Below are positions 30,241 through 39,893 of a stretch of 64,000 nt of DNA, one piece after another (the first letter of the stretch is position 1; each line of letters opens with the position of its first letter). Position numbers and translations under genes: made by a program. Location: NCBI GenBank assembly GCA_028284905.1, contig JANQQU010000060.1, positions 147,226-211,225 of the forward strand, in the 5' to 3' direction. The DNA is from Calditrichia bacterium (GTDB lineage Bacteria; Calditrichota; Calditrichia; RBG-13-44-9; J075). A model generated the notes under the pieces. The model saw nothing but the letters and a program-made list of their open reading frames with translations. It made no database searches and was not told the DNA's origin.

Positions 30241-31137
30241 GTGAAAGGCTTAACACGAGTTGACCACGAAGGCAAGCAGATGTTTGGCTGGCTTGCCAGA
30301 GTTTACGGCGGTGGCCAGACGTTTTCAAAATATTTTAGCGATAAACGCTATGGGGGGAAAGAAGCATCCCGGGAACAGGCCGTGACCTACCTGGAAATTC
30401 AAACGAAAGAAGTGCGAGAAAAATTTGCTGATTACAACCCCCGTCAAAATCAACCTTTATTTCGAAAACGTCCCGGCACAGCGAACAAAACCGGCGTTGT
30501 CGGTATCCATCGCTGCGAAACTGTTACCCGCGGCAAGAACACATTATACTGGGCCGCAACCTGGAATGAAAACGGTAAACCCAAGGATAAAAAGTTTTAT
30601 TTTCGCCGCGACGAATATGACACCAAATTGCGCAGCGAAGAGGAAGCAAAAAAGATGGCCATTGAATGGCGGGCGAGAAAGTTGCTGGAAATGTCCGGCG
30701 TAAAACTGCCCGACTTTAGCGGCAGAAGAGCGCAGCGTAAATTGAGGAAACAGCAAAAAGCGCTTGAGCAGGCAACCCTACGGACCTGGGTACCCGGATT
30801 AACGATCAGCGACTGGAGTTCATCACTAGGTTTTATCGACCAGGCCGATGAGCGTAACATCAAAAAACGTGAGAAGTTTACGGAGAAAAAAGTAGCGGAC
30901 TTAATTGACTTTCTTGGTGTATCCGCTGCATTGTTCGACTGGAAAGATATCGACTACGAGTTTGGTCGAGGCGTTTTCAAAGGCGATGTGCGTAGCCGTT
31001 GCTTCTGGAATAAAAGAGGAATCCGCATGGATGCCATGGTTACTGAAGACAGTAAAATCTGTCTGATCCAAAGCCTGGCGCCCGATCCTTACTATCTGGA
31101 AAATGCGCCGGCAGCCCAAAAAGCCCAGGCCTCTTGA
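30241..31137 (+). CDS. Basic protein with two tandem AP2-like DNA-binding domains and an unrecognised C-terminal domain
   Basis: Domain 1: GLTRVD..GWLARV..SKYFSDKRYGGKEASREQA. Domain 2: NKTGVVGIHR..YWAATW..KKF..EEAKKMAIEWR. GTG start after GAGGGAG. Confidence 0.75.
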   Translation: MKGLTRVDHEGKQMFGWLARVYGGGQTFSKYFSDKRYGGKEASREQAVTYLEIQTKEVREKFADYNPRQNQPLFRKRPGTANKTGVVGIHRCETVTRGKNTLYWAATWNENGKPKDKKFYFRRDEYDTKLRSEEEAKKMAIEWRARKLLEMSGVKLPDFSGRRAQRKLRKQQKALEQATLRTWVPGLTISDWSSSLGFIDQADERNIKKREKFTEKKVADLIDFLGVSAALFDWKDIDYEFGRGVFKGDVRSRCFWNKRGIRMDAMVTEDSKICLIQSLAPDPYYLENAPAAQKAQAS

Positions 31138-31152
31138 TTTGTTCAACATGAC

Positions 31153-31190
31153 AAACCCCTGACGTGGCACATTCGTCCGTCAGGGGTTTT
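31153..31190 (+). terminator. Terminator between the convergent AP2 gene and pyrC
   Basis: aaacccctgacg / cgtcaggggttt 12-bp stem with T-tail. Confidence 0.8.
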
Positions 31191-31213
31191 CTATTTCTAC
31201 TCTATGGCTACCT

Positions 31214-32548
31214 TTAACGACTAAATTTCAAACGTTTCCCAATAACCTCTGGATATAATTTTCCTCCCTGATAGACAATATTCCCGGATACAATAGTGCT
31301 ATCAATACGCGATCTAAATTCATAGCCCTCAAATGGTGACCAACCACATTTTGAATAAATGTTTCTTTCAGAAGCCTGTGAGGGATTTTCCAAATCAACC
31401 AATACCAAATCCGCCCAGTATCCTTCCCGGATGAACCCACGATCTTTAATTTGAAATAATTCAGCTACGGCATGGCTGGTTTTCTCAACAATTTTTTCTA
31501 GTGAGAACACGCCCCGATGGTAATGTTCCAGCAAAGACAATAACGCATGCTGAATCAACGGGAGGCCGGAAGGCGCATCAAAGTAGCTGCTTTGCTTTTC
31601 CTCCATCGTATGCGGGGCATGGTCGGTAGCAATAACATCAATACGATCATCCAGAATTGCCTGCAAAATCGCCTGCCGATCGCTCTCTTGCTTTATAGCT
31701 GGGTTACACTTAATAAGGGTACCTTTTTCCTGGTAATCTTTCGCAGAGAAAAACATATGATGCACGCAGGCTTCAGCAGTAATACGCTTATTTGTGACTG
31801 GCCCTGGAGGGAACAATGCCAATTCTTTTTCCGTGCTGATATGCAACACGTGCAAGCGGGCATCGAATTGTTTTGCTAACGAGATCGCCATTTCGGAGGA
31901 TTTATAGCAGGCTTCGACACTGCGAATATCAGGATGATACATTACCGGAATATCAGCGCCATAGACCTCCCGATATCTTGCTTCATTGGCTTTGATCGTG
32001 GCAGTATCTTCACAGTGGGTCGCAATCAGGATCGGCGAGTTAGCAAATATTTTTTCCAGCGTCTTCGGATTATCTACCAGCATATTGCCGGTAGATGCCC
32101 CCATAAACACTTTTACCCCACAAACATTTTCCGCATCGACCTGTTTTACTTCCTCAACATTATCATTCGTCGCACCAAGATAGAAAGAATAGTTGGCCAT
32201 CGAGGTTTTTGCAGCAATTTGGTATTTCTCTTCCAGCAACGCATTAGTAATCGTTTGCGGCTTTGTATTCGGCATCTCCATAAAGCTGGTAGTGCCACCG
32301 GCAACAGCAGCACGCGATTCACTGGCGATGGTAGCTTTGTGTATGAATCCTGGCTCACGAAAGTGCACCTGATCATCTATTAATCCCGGCAACAAGGTTT
32401 TGCCGGATGCATCAATTACGACGTCCGCGGACTGTCCCGAGAGGTCATTATCGATTCGCGAGATTCTCCCTTCTGCCAGCAGCAAATCCTTCTCCCGGAT
32501 CTCTCCCTCGTTAACGACTCGCGCATTAAGTATCAGGATACGCTTCAC
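31214..32548 (-). CDS. pyrC: Dihydroorotase
   Basis: IDDQVHFREPG, EMPNT, KVFMGASTG, THCED, HVLHIST, KCNPAIK, ATDHAPH. Confidence 0.9.
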   Translation of the reverse strand: MKRILILNARVVNEGEIREKDLLLAEGRISRIDNDLSGQSADVVIDASGKTLLPGLIDDQVHFREPGFIHKATIASESRAAVAGGTTSFMEMPNTKPQTITNALLEEKYQIAAKTSMANYSFYLGATNDNVEEVKQVDAENVCGVKVFMGASTGNMLVDNPKTLEKIFANSPILIATHCEDTATIKANEARYREVYGADIPVMYHPDIRSVEACYKSSEMAISLAKQFDARLHVLHISTEKELALFPPGPVTNKRITAEACVHHMFFSAKDYQEKGTLIKCNPAIKQESDRQAILQAILDDRIDVIATDHAPHTMEEKQSSYFDAPSGLPLIQHALLSLLEHYHRGVFSLEKIVEKTSHAVAELFQIKDRGFIREGYWADLVLVDLENPSQASERNIYSKCGWSPFEGYEFRSRIDSTIVSGNIVYQGGKLYPEVIGKRLKFSR

Positions 32549-33231
32549 GAGTCGCTTCCTTTCACACCAACGGTTAAAGTCGTCAGCCCATTTTCCAGAG
32601 ATGCCGTCACTTTGTCCCCGGCAGACATTTTTGCCACGCCCTCGGGAGTGCCGGTAAAAATGAGATCACCGGGCTGAAGGGTAAAGATGCCGGATAAATA
32701 AGCAATCAGTTGCGGAATTGGGAAAAGCATATTAGTGGAATTTCCATCCTGACGGGTTTCACCATTCACATTTAGCGATAATTGAATCCCGTTCGGATTG
32801 CCAATCGCATTCGGCGAGACAAACTCGCTGAGCGGGGCAAAGGTGTCATATCCTTTCGCGACTGCCCAGGGATGTGATTTTTCTTTTGCGCGGGACTGAA
32901 TATCTCTGGCAGTTACATCAATACCAACCGCATAACCGGCGATATGTTCACCGGCTGCTTCAACAGCGATGTTTTTTCCCGCTTTACCGATCAGCACAAC
33001 TATTTCCACTTCATGGTGAACATCGTTGCTGGCTGCGGGAATAACGATATCATCCCCATCAGAGATAATTGTCGTTGCCGGTTTAATGAAAACGATTGGT
33101 GCTGAAGGAATTGGGTTATTCAATTCGCTGGCATGGGCGGCATAATTTCGCCCGATGCAGTATAATGTTTTTATAGGTGTTTTTTCGGACTTGTTAACAA
33201 ATTTCACGTCAGCCATTTGCATCCTCAACAT
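32545..33231 (-). CDS. Fumarylacetoacetate hydrolase family protein (FAHD1/YcgM-like)
   Basis: CIGRNYAAH, FIKP, HHEVE, DVTARD, AKGYDTF, GDLIFTGTPEGV. Confidence 0.92.
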   Translation of the reverse strand: MLRMQMADVKFVNKSEKTPIKTLYCIGRNYAAHASELNNPIPSAPIVFIKPATTIISDGDDIVIPAASNDVHHEVEIVVLIGKAGKNIAVEAAGEHIAGYAVGIDVTARDIQSRAKEKSHPWAVAKGYDTFAPLSEFVSPNAIGNPNGIQLSLNVNGETRQDGNSTNMLFPIPQLIAYLSGIFTLQPGDLIFTGTPEGVAKMSAGDKVTASLENGLTTLTVGVKGSDS

Positions 33232-34175
33232 TATAACAGGTTAAAAATTTTCCCGATAAAATAAACATAAAAAAGGATGAAGAACCAGCCTTCCCAGCTG
33301 CTCATCCGTCGATCGACAATCACAACAAGGAACAATAAAGAAGCGACAATCATTACCGGGATGCCGGTAAACAGTAACATGTCGGAAACATGTAGAGTGC
33401 TTATTAAGCCCGGCACGCCCATCACAGCGAAAGTATTGAAGATGTTTGATCCCAAAACATTACCAACAATAATCTCGGCATTATCTTTCTTTACAGCAGC
33501 GAATGTTACGGCCAATTCCGGCAAAGATGTGCCGAAAGCAACGGCTGTTACGGCGATCACCTCCGACCCGATATTGAGAATTTGGGATATTTTGATAATC
33601 GATTCGATTGTATACTTCGCCCCGAGAAATACCATAAAACCACTCAAAACCAGCACAATTATCGGTCGCCAACGAAAAGGTGCCCGTTCCGCAGGCGTGC
33701 CATTTTTTCCCGGTTGCTCCCGTCTGTTGTTTACAGTGTAAGCCATAAACAGCAACATGCAGCAAACGAAAATGCACGCCTCTCCAAAGGTAAAAACCTT
33801 GTCCATCACTGTTACCCCCAGGAAAAGAGCGGAGCCAATCAGAATTGGCAGGTCAACTGGAAGCAGGTTATGATGAATGCGCAACCGTTTACCGACAATA
33901 GCGCCAATTGCCATTATTAGAAAAATATTGGCGACATTGGAGCCGATCACATTTCCCGCGACAATTTCCGAGGCATTACTATACACTGCGATCACTGATG
34001 AAATCAGCTCCGGCAAGGAGGTGCCGATCGACACGATTGTAACGCCGACGACGAATGGTGATAGTCCTGCCATCAACCCAATTTTTTCAGCCGCACCGGT
34101 AAAATAATCAGATGATTTTACTAACGCAGAAAGGCTTACCACAAAAACCACTAACCACAACGTTAAATCCATCAA
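33231..34175 (-). CDS. Calcium/sodium antiporter (CaCA, YrbG-like)
   Basis: Two alpha-repeats: GTSLPEL...GNVIGSN and GTSLPEL...GNVLGSN. Confidence 0.92.
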   Translation of the reverse strand: MMDLTLWLVVFVVSLSALVKSSDYFTGAAEKIGLMAGLSPFVVGVTIVSIGTSLPELISSVIAVYSNASEIVAGNVIGSNVANIFLIMAIGAIVGKRLRIHHNLLPVDLPILIGSALFLGVTVMDKVFTFGEACIFVCCMLLFMAYTVNNRREQPGKNGTPAERAPFRWRPIIVLVLSGFMVFLGAKYTIESIIKISQILNIGSEVIAVTAVAFGTSLPELAVTFAAVKKDNAEIIVGNVLGSNIFNTFAVMGVPGLISTLHVSDMLLFTGIPVMIVASLLFLVVIVDRRMSSWEGWFFILFYVYFIGKIFNLL

Positions 34176-34237
34176 AGTATCCTTATATTACATTGAAATA
34201 TTAGCCTTTAAGAGTCAGCTCGAAAACTTCACCCACA

Positions 34238-35695
34238 TCAGGCGGTAACCTTGGTTGCCAGATCAAATTTGGCAATTTGGGCTTTCATTAATGAAAAAAA
34301 TCGTAACGGATGAAAGAATGCCGTAAAGAATAAGCCAGCAATAATACCGTACCAAACACCTTCCGGCCCCATTTCTCTGAATACACCAAAATAATACCCC
34401 AGTGGCAGTCCCAGTCCCCAGTACGCAACCACATTGGCATACATAGGCACTTTTGTATCTTTCAACCCTCGCAGGGCACCAGCGCCACTCACCTGAATAC
34501 CATCCGGCAATTGAAAAATAGCCGCAAGGAACAACAGCTGGACAGACAACTGCAGTACCTGCCCGTCGTTAGTATAGATACCAACAATCGCTTCCGGAAA
34601 AACCAGTAATATTGCCATAGTGCCCATCACACAACCGACTGCGATCCACATCCCAACGATACCAGCAATTTTCGCTCGTTGCGGACTCCCCTGCCCTATT
34701 TCGAATCCCACCCGGGCAGATGTCGCGATTGAAAATCCCAGTGGCAGCATAAAGGCTATAGAAGCAACATTTATTGCAATCTGATGCGAGGCAATCTCAG
34801 CAATTCCCATTGCGCCGATCATTAGCGCGGCAACGGCAAACATACTAACTTCCAGCCCTAAACTGACCCCATTAGGGAGGCCAATACGGACAAATTCTCT
34901 TAAACGCTCCCAATCGGGAAGCGTGAAGTGTTGAAACGGTAGCAAGGATTTAACTTGCCGGGCGTTTAACAGCATCAGGATCATTCCGGCTAACATGAAC
35001 CACCAGACGAGCGCTGTGGCGTATCCGGCCCCAACAGCACCCATTCTGGGAAATCCCCAATGGCCGTACATAAAAAGATAATTCCCTAAAATATTCAATG
35101 GTATTGCCATTATAGTCAAATACATGTTGGGCCGTGTCAGGGTTAGGCCATCCATAAAAAAGCGCAACGAGAGGTAAGCGAAAGCTGCGGGAATCCCCCA
35201 GGAGATTGCTTCCAGGTAACCGCTGGTAATCGGGATTAGATCGGCAGCAATATCCATTTCGTACATCAAAATATTGACCTGCCGAACCAGAAAGAATGCC
35301 GGCAGTGCAAGAAAGATACTCAACCAAAGCGTCTGCCACAACGAGTAGGAAATATCCTTCTTCCTCTCTGCACCGAGAAACTGCGCAACAATTGGCGTTG
35401 TTGCCAGAATGATTCCTAATGCGAAAATATAAAGCGGCACATATAAGCTTCTGCCGATGGCTACAGCGCCAAGATCTTTCGCACTCAGGTTCCCAGCCAT
35501 CACAGTATCGATGAACCCCAAAGCCATGTGCGCAATCTGGGAAGCAACGACAGGCAAACCAACCGCAAGGGTTAGTTTAGCTTCTTTTTGATAATCGCTA
35601 CGGCGTTGTAGTGCCCTGCTTTCTGTTTCCAAAAATGTTAAGCCTTTCGCCCACAGGTCTAATTCAAAAAAAACAAAAAGATAACACTTAATCAC
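34238..35695 (-). CDS. MATE efflux transporter (NorM-like)
   Basis: GFIDTVMAG, GFPRMGAVGAGYAT, HQIAIN, GALRGLKDT; about 12 TM segments. The true start is probably somewhat downstream. Confidence 0.92.
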   Translation of the reverse strand: MIKCYLFVFFELDLWAKGLTFLETESRALQRRSDYQKEAKLTLAVGLPVVASQIAHMALGFIDTVMAGNLSAKDLGAVAIGRSLYVPLYIFALGIILATTPIVAQFLGAERKKDISYSLWQTLWLSIFLALPAFFLVRQVNILMYEMDIAADLIPITSGYLEAISWGIPAAFAYLSLRFFMDGLTLTRPNMYLTIMAIPLNILGNYLFMYGHWGFPRMGAVGAGYATALVWWFMLAGMILMLLNARQVKSLLPFQHFTLPDWERLREFVRIGLPNGVSLGLEVSMFAVAALMIGAMGIAEIASHQIAINVASIAFMLPLGFSIATSARVGFEIGQGSPQRAKIAGIVGMWIAVGCVMGTMAILLVFPEAIVGIYTNDGQVLQLSVQLLFLAAIFQLPDGIQVSGAGALRGLKDTKVPMYANVVAYWGLGLPLGYYFGVFREMGPEGVWYGIIAGLFFTAFFHPLRFFSLMKAQIAKFDLATKVTA

Positions 35696-35732
35696 GGTTA
35701 AATCAACCGGTCATTCTCTCTAAGAGCAGTGT

Positions 35733-35999
35733 TTAGGAGAAAATCTGCGGACGATATTTTTTGCTGATCCAATACGCCAGAGCAATCACTGCAATTATCA
35801 CCAGCCAGGAATACCAGTAGAGACGATATGAGATACCTGCTGTAAGCATTCCTACACCAAAGAGTGTCTGCAAAGATGTCCATCCAAAGGCATAGTAGGG
35901 ATGTGGCACCACCGGCGCATTACTTACCGGCACCAGGGGCAAAAACGACAAGAAGATAAAAACAATTAGAAACCAGAGGAGTGATTTAAGTTTTTTCAT
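35733..35999 (-). CDS. Small membrane protein, hypothetical
   Basis: ATG start, two hydrophobic segments, co-oriented with the MATE gene. Confidence 0.55.
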   Translation of the reverse strand: MKKLKSLLWFLIVFIFLSFLPLVPVSNAPVVPHPYYAFGWTSLQTLFGVGMLTAGISYRLYWYSWLVIIAVIALAYWISKKYRPQIFS

Positions 36000-36126
36000 C
36001 TTTCAGTTATCCGTCTGTTTACTTTCGAAAAACTGTGAATATTATTACCTTAGTGTTATTGGTCTGCATATTACGGACTTTCAAAATCAGATACAATTTA
36101 CAATAGAAAACTGTCGGGGGTTTTAA

Positions 36127-36456
36127 ATGGCTGTCAGCAAGGATTACCTGTTATTTATCCAGGATCAATTTGCACATTTTGGTGAGATCCAAATCAAACG
36201 GATGTTTGGGGGTGCCGGTATTTATCATCAAGGGATTATGTTTGCACTGGTAAGTGATGATTTGTTATACCTAAAGGCAGATGATATAAACCGGGTTGAT
36301 TTTACAGCCGAGAATATGCCGAACTTTAATCCCGGCAAAGCAAGCAAAGGAATGCCCTATTGGCAAGTACCAGCGGAAGTCGTCGAGGACAGACATCTAA
36401 TGGCAGAATGGGCAGAGAAAGCCTACCAGGCAGCGGTCCGCACCAAAAAGAAGTAA
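36127..36456 (+). CDS. TfoX N-terminal domain protein
   Basis: KRMFGGAGIY, MFALV, LYLKAD, YWQVPAEVVED. Confidence 0.88.
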   Translation: MAVSKDYLLFIQDQFAHFGEIQIKRMFGGAGIYHQGIMFALVSDDLLYLKADDINRVDFTAENMPNFNPGKASKGMPYWQVPAEVVEDRHLMAEWAEKAYQAAVRTKKK

Positions 36457-36490
36457 CAGTTCCAAAAATCACATATTTCAGGAGAATCTT

Positions 36491-37642
36491 ATGAGTCCGG
36501 CAGCTAATTTACGCGAACTTTTCCTCATTGACCCGGCCGTTGTTTTCTTAAACCATGGTTCCTTTGGCGCCTGCCCCAAACCGGTTTTCGAGAATTACCA
36601 GGAATGGCAGTTATTGCTGGAACGCCAGCCACTGGAGTTTCTCGGCCGGCGTTATCCCACCTTGATGGCCGACGCCCGGCATGCCCTTGGAGATTTTTTG
36701 GGAACGAACGGCGACAATCTTTTCTTTACCCCAAACACTACCACGGGTATCAACACCGTTATTCGTTCTCTATCCTTATCGCCGGGAGATGAAGTGTTGA
36801 GCAACACCTTTGAATATGGCGCACTACATCGCGCCTGGGAGTTTGTTTGCGGGAAACGGGGTGCTAAATATATTCAAGCGAAAATTGAATTGCCCATTAA
36901 GAGCGAAGCACAATTCATCGATGCTATTTGGCGTCATGTAAATGAGAAGACCAAAGTGTTGTTTTTAAGCCATATTACTTCTTCGAATGCACTAACCTTC
37001 CCTATAACTACGCTTATTTCCCGTGCGCGTGAGCGAGGAATAATTACCATCATTGATGGCGCACATGCCCCCGGCCAAATTCCGTTGAATCTTGATACGC
37101 TAAATGCTGATTTTTATGCCGGCAACTGTCACAAGTGGTTGATGGCCCCCAAGGGCAGCGCCTTCCTATATGCTCGCCCGGAGATGCAGCAAATGGTCGA
37201 TCCATTAGTGGTGAGTTGGGATAGTGTTTCTGCCGGCACTTCCCGCTTTCTGAAGGAGAATGAGTTTCAGGGCACCCGGGATATTGCCGCTTACCTTGCT
37301 GTGCCTGCAGCGATAGACTTCTTTCGGGAAAATAACTGGCCGACTATTCAGAAGGATTGTCATTCTTTAGTAAAAGTGGCCAGGGAAGGTATTAACACCA
37401 TTTTGGGGCAAGAGCCAATTTGCCCTGATGAGGGAGGTTGGTATCAACAGATGTCGGCCCATTTTTTGCCAAAACATATTGATGGCCCAGGCTTGCAGGA
37501 GAGACTGCTGAAGGAATACAATATTGAGATACCGGTGATGACGATCAAGGAAGATTCTTTTTTAAGAGTCTCCATACAGGGCTATAACACCCGGGAAGAT
37601 GTAAATACTTTATTAGAAAGCTTGCGAGAGATTTTAAACTAA
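36491..37642 (+). CDS. Class V PLP aminotransferase (isopenicillin N epimerase / C-S lyase-like)
   Basis: FLNHGSFGACP, SHITS, DGAHAPG, GNCHKWL (PLP Lys), QGTRD. Confidence 0.88.
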   Translation: MSPAANLRELFLIDPAVVFLNHGSFGACPKPVFENYQEWQLLLERQPLEFLGRRYPTLMADARHALGDFLGTNGDNLFFTPNTTTGINTVIRSLSLSPGDEVLSNTFEYGALHRAWEFVCGKRGAKYIQAKIELPIKSEAQFIDAIWRHVNEKTKVLFLSHITSSNALTFPITTLISRARERGIITIIDGAHAPGQIPLNLDTLNADFYAGNCHKWLMAPKGSAFLYARPEMQQMVDPLVVSWDSVSAGTSRFLKENEFQGTRDIAAYLAVPAAIDFFRENNWPTIQKDCHSLVKVAREGINTILGQEPICPDEGGWYQQMSAHFLPKHIDGPGLQERLLKEYNIEIPVMTIKEDSFLRVSIQGYNTREDVNTLLESLREILN

Positions 37643-37678
37643 AAAAGTCCGTGGCCTTATAAGCTACCACGGACTTTT
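37643..37678. terminator. Bidirectional terminator
   Basis: aaaagtccgtgg / ccacggactttt stem between convergent genes. Confidence 0.75.
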
Positions 37679-37717
37679 AGATTTTTTCTGTGTTTTTGAA
37701 GCAAGGAGAACGAAGTA

Positions 37718-37999
37718 TCAATCAAAATCAAAAATCTCTTCCAGGATTGATTTATATATCTTCTTTTTCTTTTTCTTCTTTTTCCCCTGATATCGCTCAT
37801 CTTGGCGCGGTTGCTCATGATATCCGGAAGGAGGCGCCTGCTGAGCTCGGTTACCTCCCAGGGATTCCAGCGAACGCTCGATTATTTTATCCAGCTCTCC
37901 ACGATCCAGCCAAACACCACGGCATTTCGGGCAGTAATCAATTTCAATTCCCTGCCGTTCGGTAATTTTCAGGTCTAACAGGCAATTTGGGCAATGCAT
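37718..37999 (-). CDS. zf-TFIIB zinc-ribbon small protein
   Basis: MHCPNC...GIEIDYCPKCRGVWLDRGELDKII; basic tail followed by LEEIFDFD. Confidence 0.9.
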   Translation of the reverse strand: MHCPNCLLDLKITERQGIEIDYCPKCRGVWLDRGELDKIIERSLESLGGNRAQQAPPSGYHEQPRQDERYQGKKKKKKKKIYKSILEEIFDFD

Positions 38000-38185
38000 G
38001 TCTATCTCCTTCTATGTATTTTGCTTTTCCGCATTCACATTTCAATTTCACCAGTAAAGCACCGATATAATATACTAAAAATCGTTCTGCCGAATAACAA
38101 TTTTAATCACGATTATTCTATCAATTCCTTTTAAACATGCAACGTCACAGCCAGGCAAATGTTTCAGCTTTAACCCCGGGATTAT

Positions 38186-39814
38186 TTATGGTTGCCGATA
38201 AGTATATCCATTGTCTTTTAGCAGCAACAGGAAGTTATCCAGCCGCTTTCGAAAGTTGTCAAAATCGCGTCCCTCCTCCGTTGTCCAAACGACTTCGGAG
38301 AGTGCTGTCATGCGGGGCAGCGCCATATACTCTACCGCTTCCGGGGTGGTAATATATTCCGTCCAGACATTCCCCTGTGCGCCCAGTATATGATGTTTTT
38401 TATCTTCGGCGATATTTTCCGGCACCGGGTCGAAACTATAGACTTTATCTAAGGGCAAAAAGCCTCCGATTGCCAAGGGTTCATTTTCCTGGTCTTCACT
38501 TTGATAATAGTCAAAGTAAACGTGAGTAGTCGGAGTCATCACAACATCGTGTCCGGCGTTTGCCGCTGTTATGCCACCTTCGGTGCCCCGCCAGGACATC
38601 ACCGTTGCCCCCGCGGCCAGTCCGCCTTCAAGGATCTCGTCCCACCCGATTAAACGACGGCCTCTTTCGTCAAGGAATTTATCAAAATGTTTGATGAAAT
38701 AGCTCTGCAACTCATGTTCATCCTTTAGTCCATTATCCTTAATTCTGCGCTGGCATTTCTCGCAAGCTTCCCAGCGTTTTTTCGGCGCTTCATCGCCACC
38801 GACATGGATAAATTCAGAAGGAAATAATGCCAGCACCTCGGTCATTACATCTTCCAAAACGGTAAATGTTTTATCGTTGCCGGCGCAAAAGATTTCTTCG
38901 TGGACGCCCCAAAGCTTTGCGACGGAATGAGGGCCGCCGGTGCAGGACAACTCCGGATAAGCGGCCAGCGCTGCGCGGGAGTGGCCAGGCATCTCAATCT
39001 CCGGAACGACATTTACAAACCGTTTACGGGCATATTCTACAACTTCCTTAACTTCTTCCTGGGTGTAAAAACCACCGTAGCGTTTTCCATCGTAGGTGCG
39101 GGGTTGATCCCGATAATGCCCGATCAGGGATTCGTCACGATACGCACCAACTTCGGTAAGCAGCGGATACTTTTTAATCTCTATCCGCCAGCCATGATCT
39201 TCGGTGAGATGCCAATGAAAAGTATTCATTTTATGCATCGCAATCAGGTCGATATACTTCTTAATAAAACTTACCGAAAAAAAACTTCTTCCGACATCCA
39301 GGTGCATGCCTCTCCAGGAAAAACGCGGCGCGTCGACGATCTCCGCACCGGGCGCTCCCCAGCTATTCTCATCTGTTTTGGTGAGCATCTGCCGTAATGT
39401 TTGCACCCCGTAGAAAATACCGGCAGCGCTATTTCCGATAATGACCAATTCGTCTTCAGCAACTTTTAAACGATAGCCTTCATTACCGATTTCCTCATCA
39501 CCATTAACCTGACGAAGCACAATACGGCTATCCGGCCTTCCGCCTGCCGGCAATATTTCCAGTTGTTGTCCGGTTTTCTCCTGGAGCATATTCTGCAAAT
39601 ATTCAGCGGCATCATAAACGGCATCATCTTCAGACTGCAGGCGAATGACTGTGTTTTCCTTTAATGCAAAGAAAGTATTTAACGTTTTTACCGATACTGG
39701 CCTGGGAACAATCTTCAATTCGCCTCCACTATTTTGAACACCACTTCCATTACATCCTGCAGTCCACAGCACAAGACCAACGAACATTACTCCGTATAAA
39801 AAGTATTTTTTCAT
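38186..39814 (-). CDS. GH20 beta-N-acetylhexosaminidase (lipoprotein)
   Basis: Lipobox TAGC; DAPRFSWRGMHLDVGR; HWHLTED; EIEMPGH; catalytic HVGGDE; WTEY. Confidence 0.93.
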   Translation of the reverse strand: MKKYFLYGVMFVGLVLWTAGCNGSGVQNSGGELKIVPRPVSVKTLNTFFALKENTVIRLQSEDDAVYDAAEYLQNMLQEKTGQQLEILPAGGRPDSRIVLRQVNGDEEIGNEGYRLKVAEDELVIIGNSAAGIFYGVQTLRQMLTKTDENSWGAPGAEIVDAPRFSWRGMHLDVGRSFFSVSFIKKYIDLIAMHKMNTFHWHLTEDHGWRIEIKKYPLLTEVGAYRDESLIGHYRDQPRTYDGKRYGGFYTQEEVKEVVEYARKRFVNVVPEIEMPGHSRAALAAYPELSCTGGPHSVAKLWGVHEEIFCAGNDKTFTVLEDVMTEVLALFPSEFIHVGGDEAPKKRWEACEKCQRRIKDNGLKDEHELQSYFIKHFDKFLDERGRRLIGWDEILEGGLAAGATVMSWRGTEGGITAANAGHDVVMTPTTHVYFDYYQSEDQENEPLAIGGFLPLDKVYSFDPVPENIAEDKKHHILGAQGNVWTEYITTPEAVEYMALPRMTALSEVVWTTEEGRDFDNFRKRLDNFLLLLKDNGYTYRQP

Positions 39815-39893
39815 CAACAGCCTCCCGGCCCGCTGAGGTTTCAGCGGGAGAAAGTAATTTTATTGTTGTGCATCTATCCAAAACTGAATGCTT

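Noticed and set aside
36127..36456. Competence regulator TfoX/Sxy
   Set aside because: Only the short stand-alone TfoX_N domain is present, which is widespread; no competence genes are nearby.
36491..37642. Beta-lactam or ergothioneine biosynthesis
   Set aside because: Family similarity only; no pathway genes are adjacent.
37755..37785. Poly-Lys tract as a slippage or frameshift site
   Set aside because: Mixed AAA/AAG codons stay in frame, and a basic tail is usual for this family.
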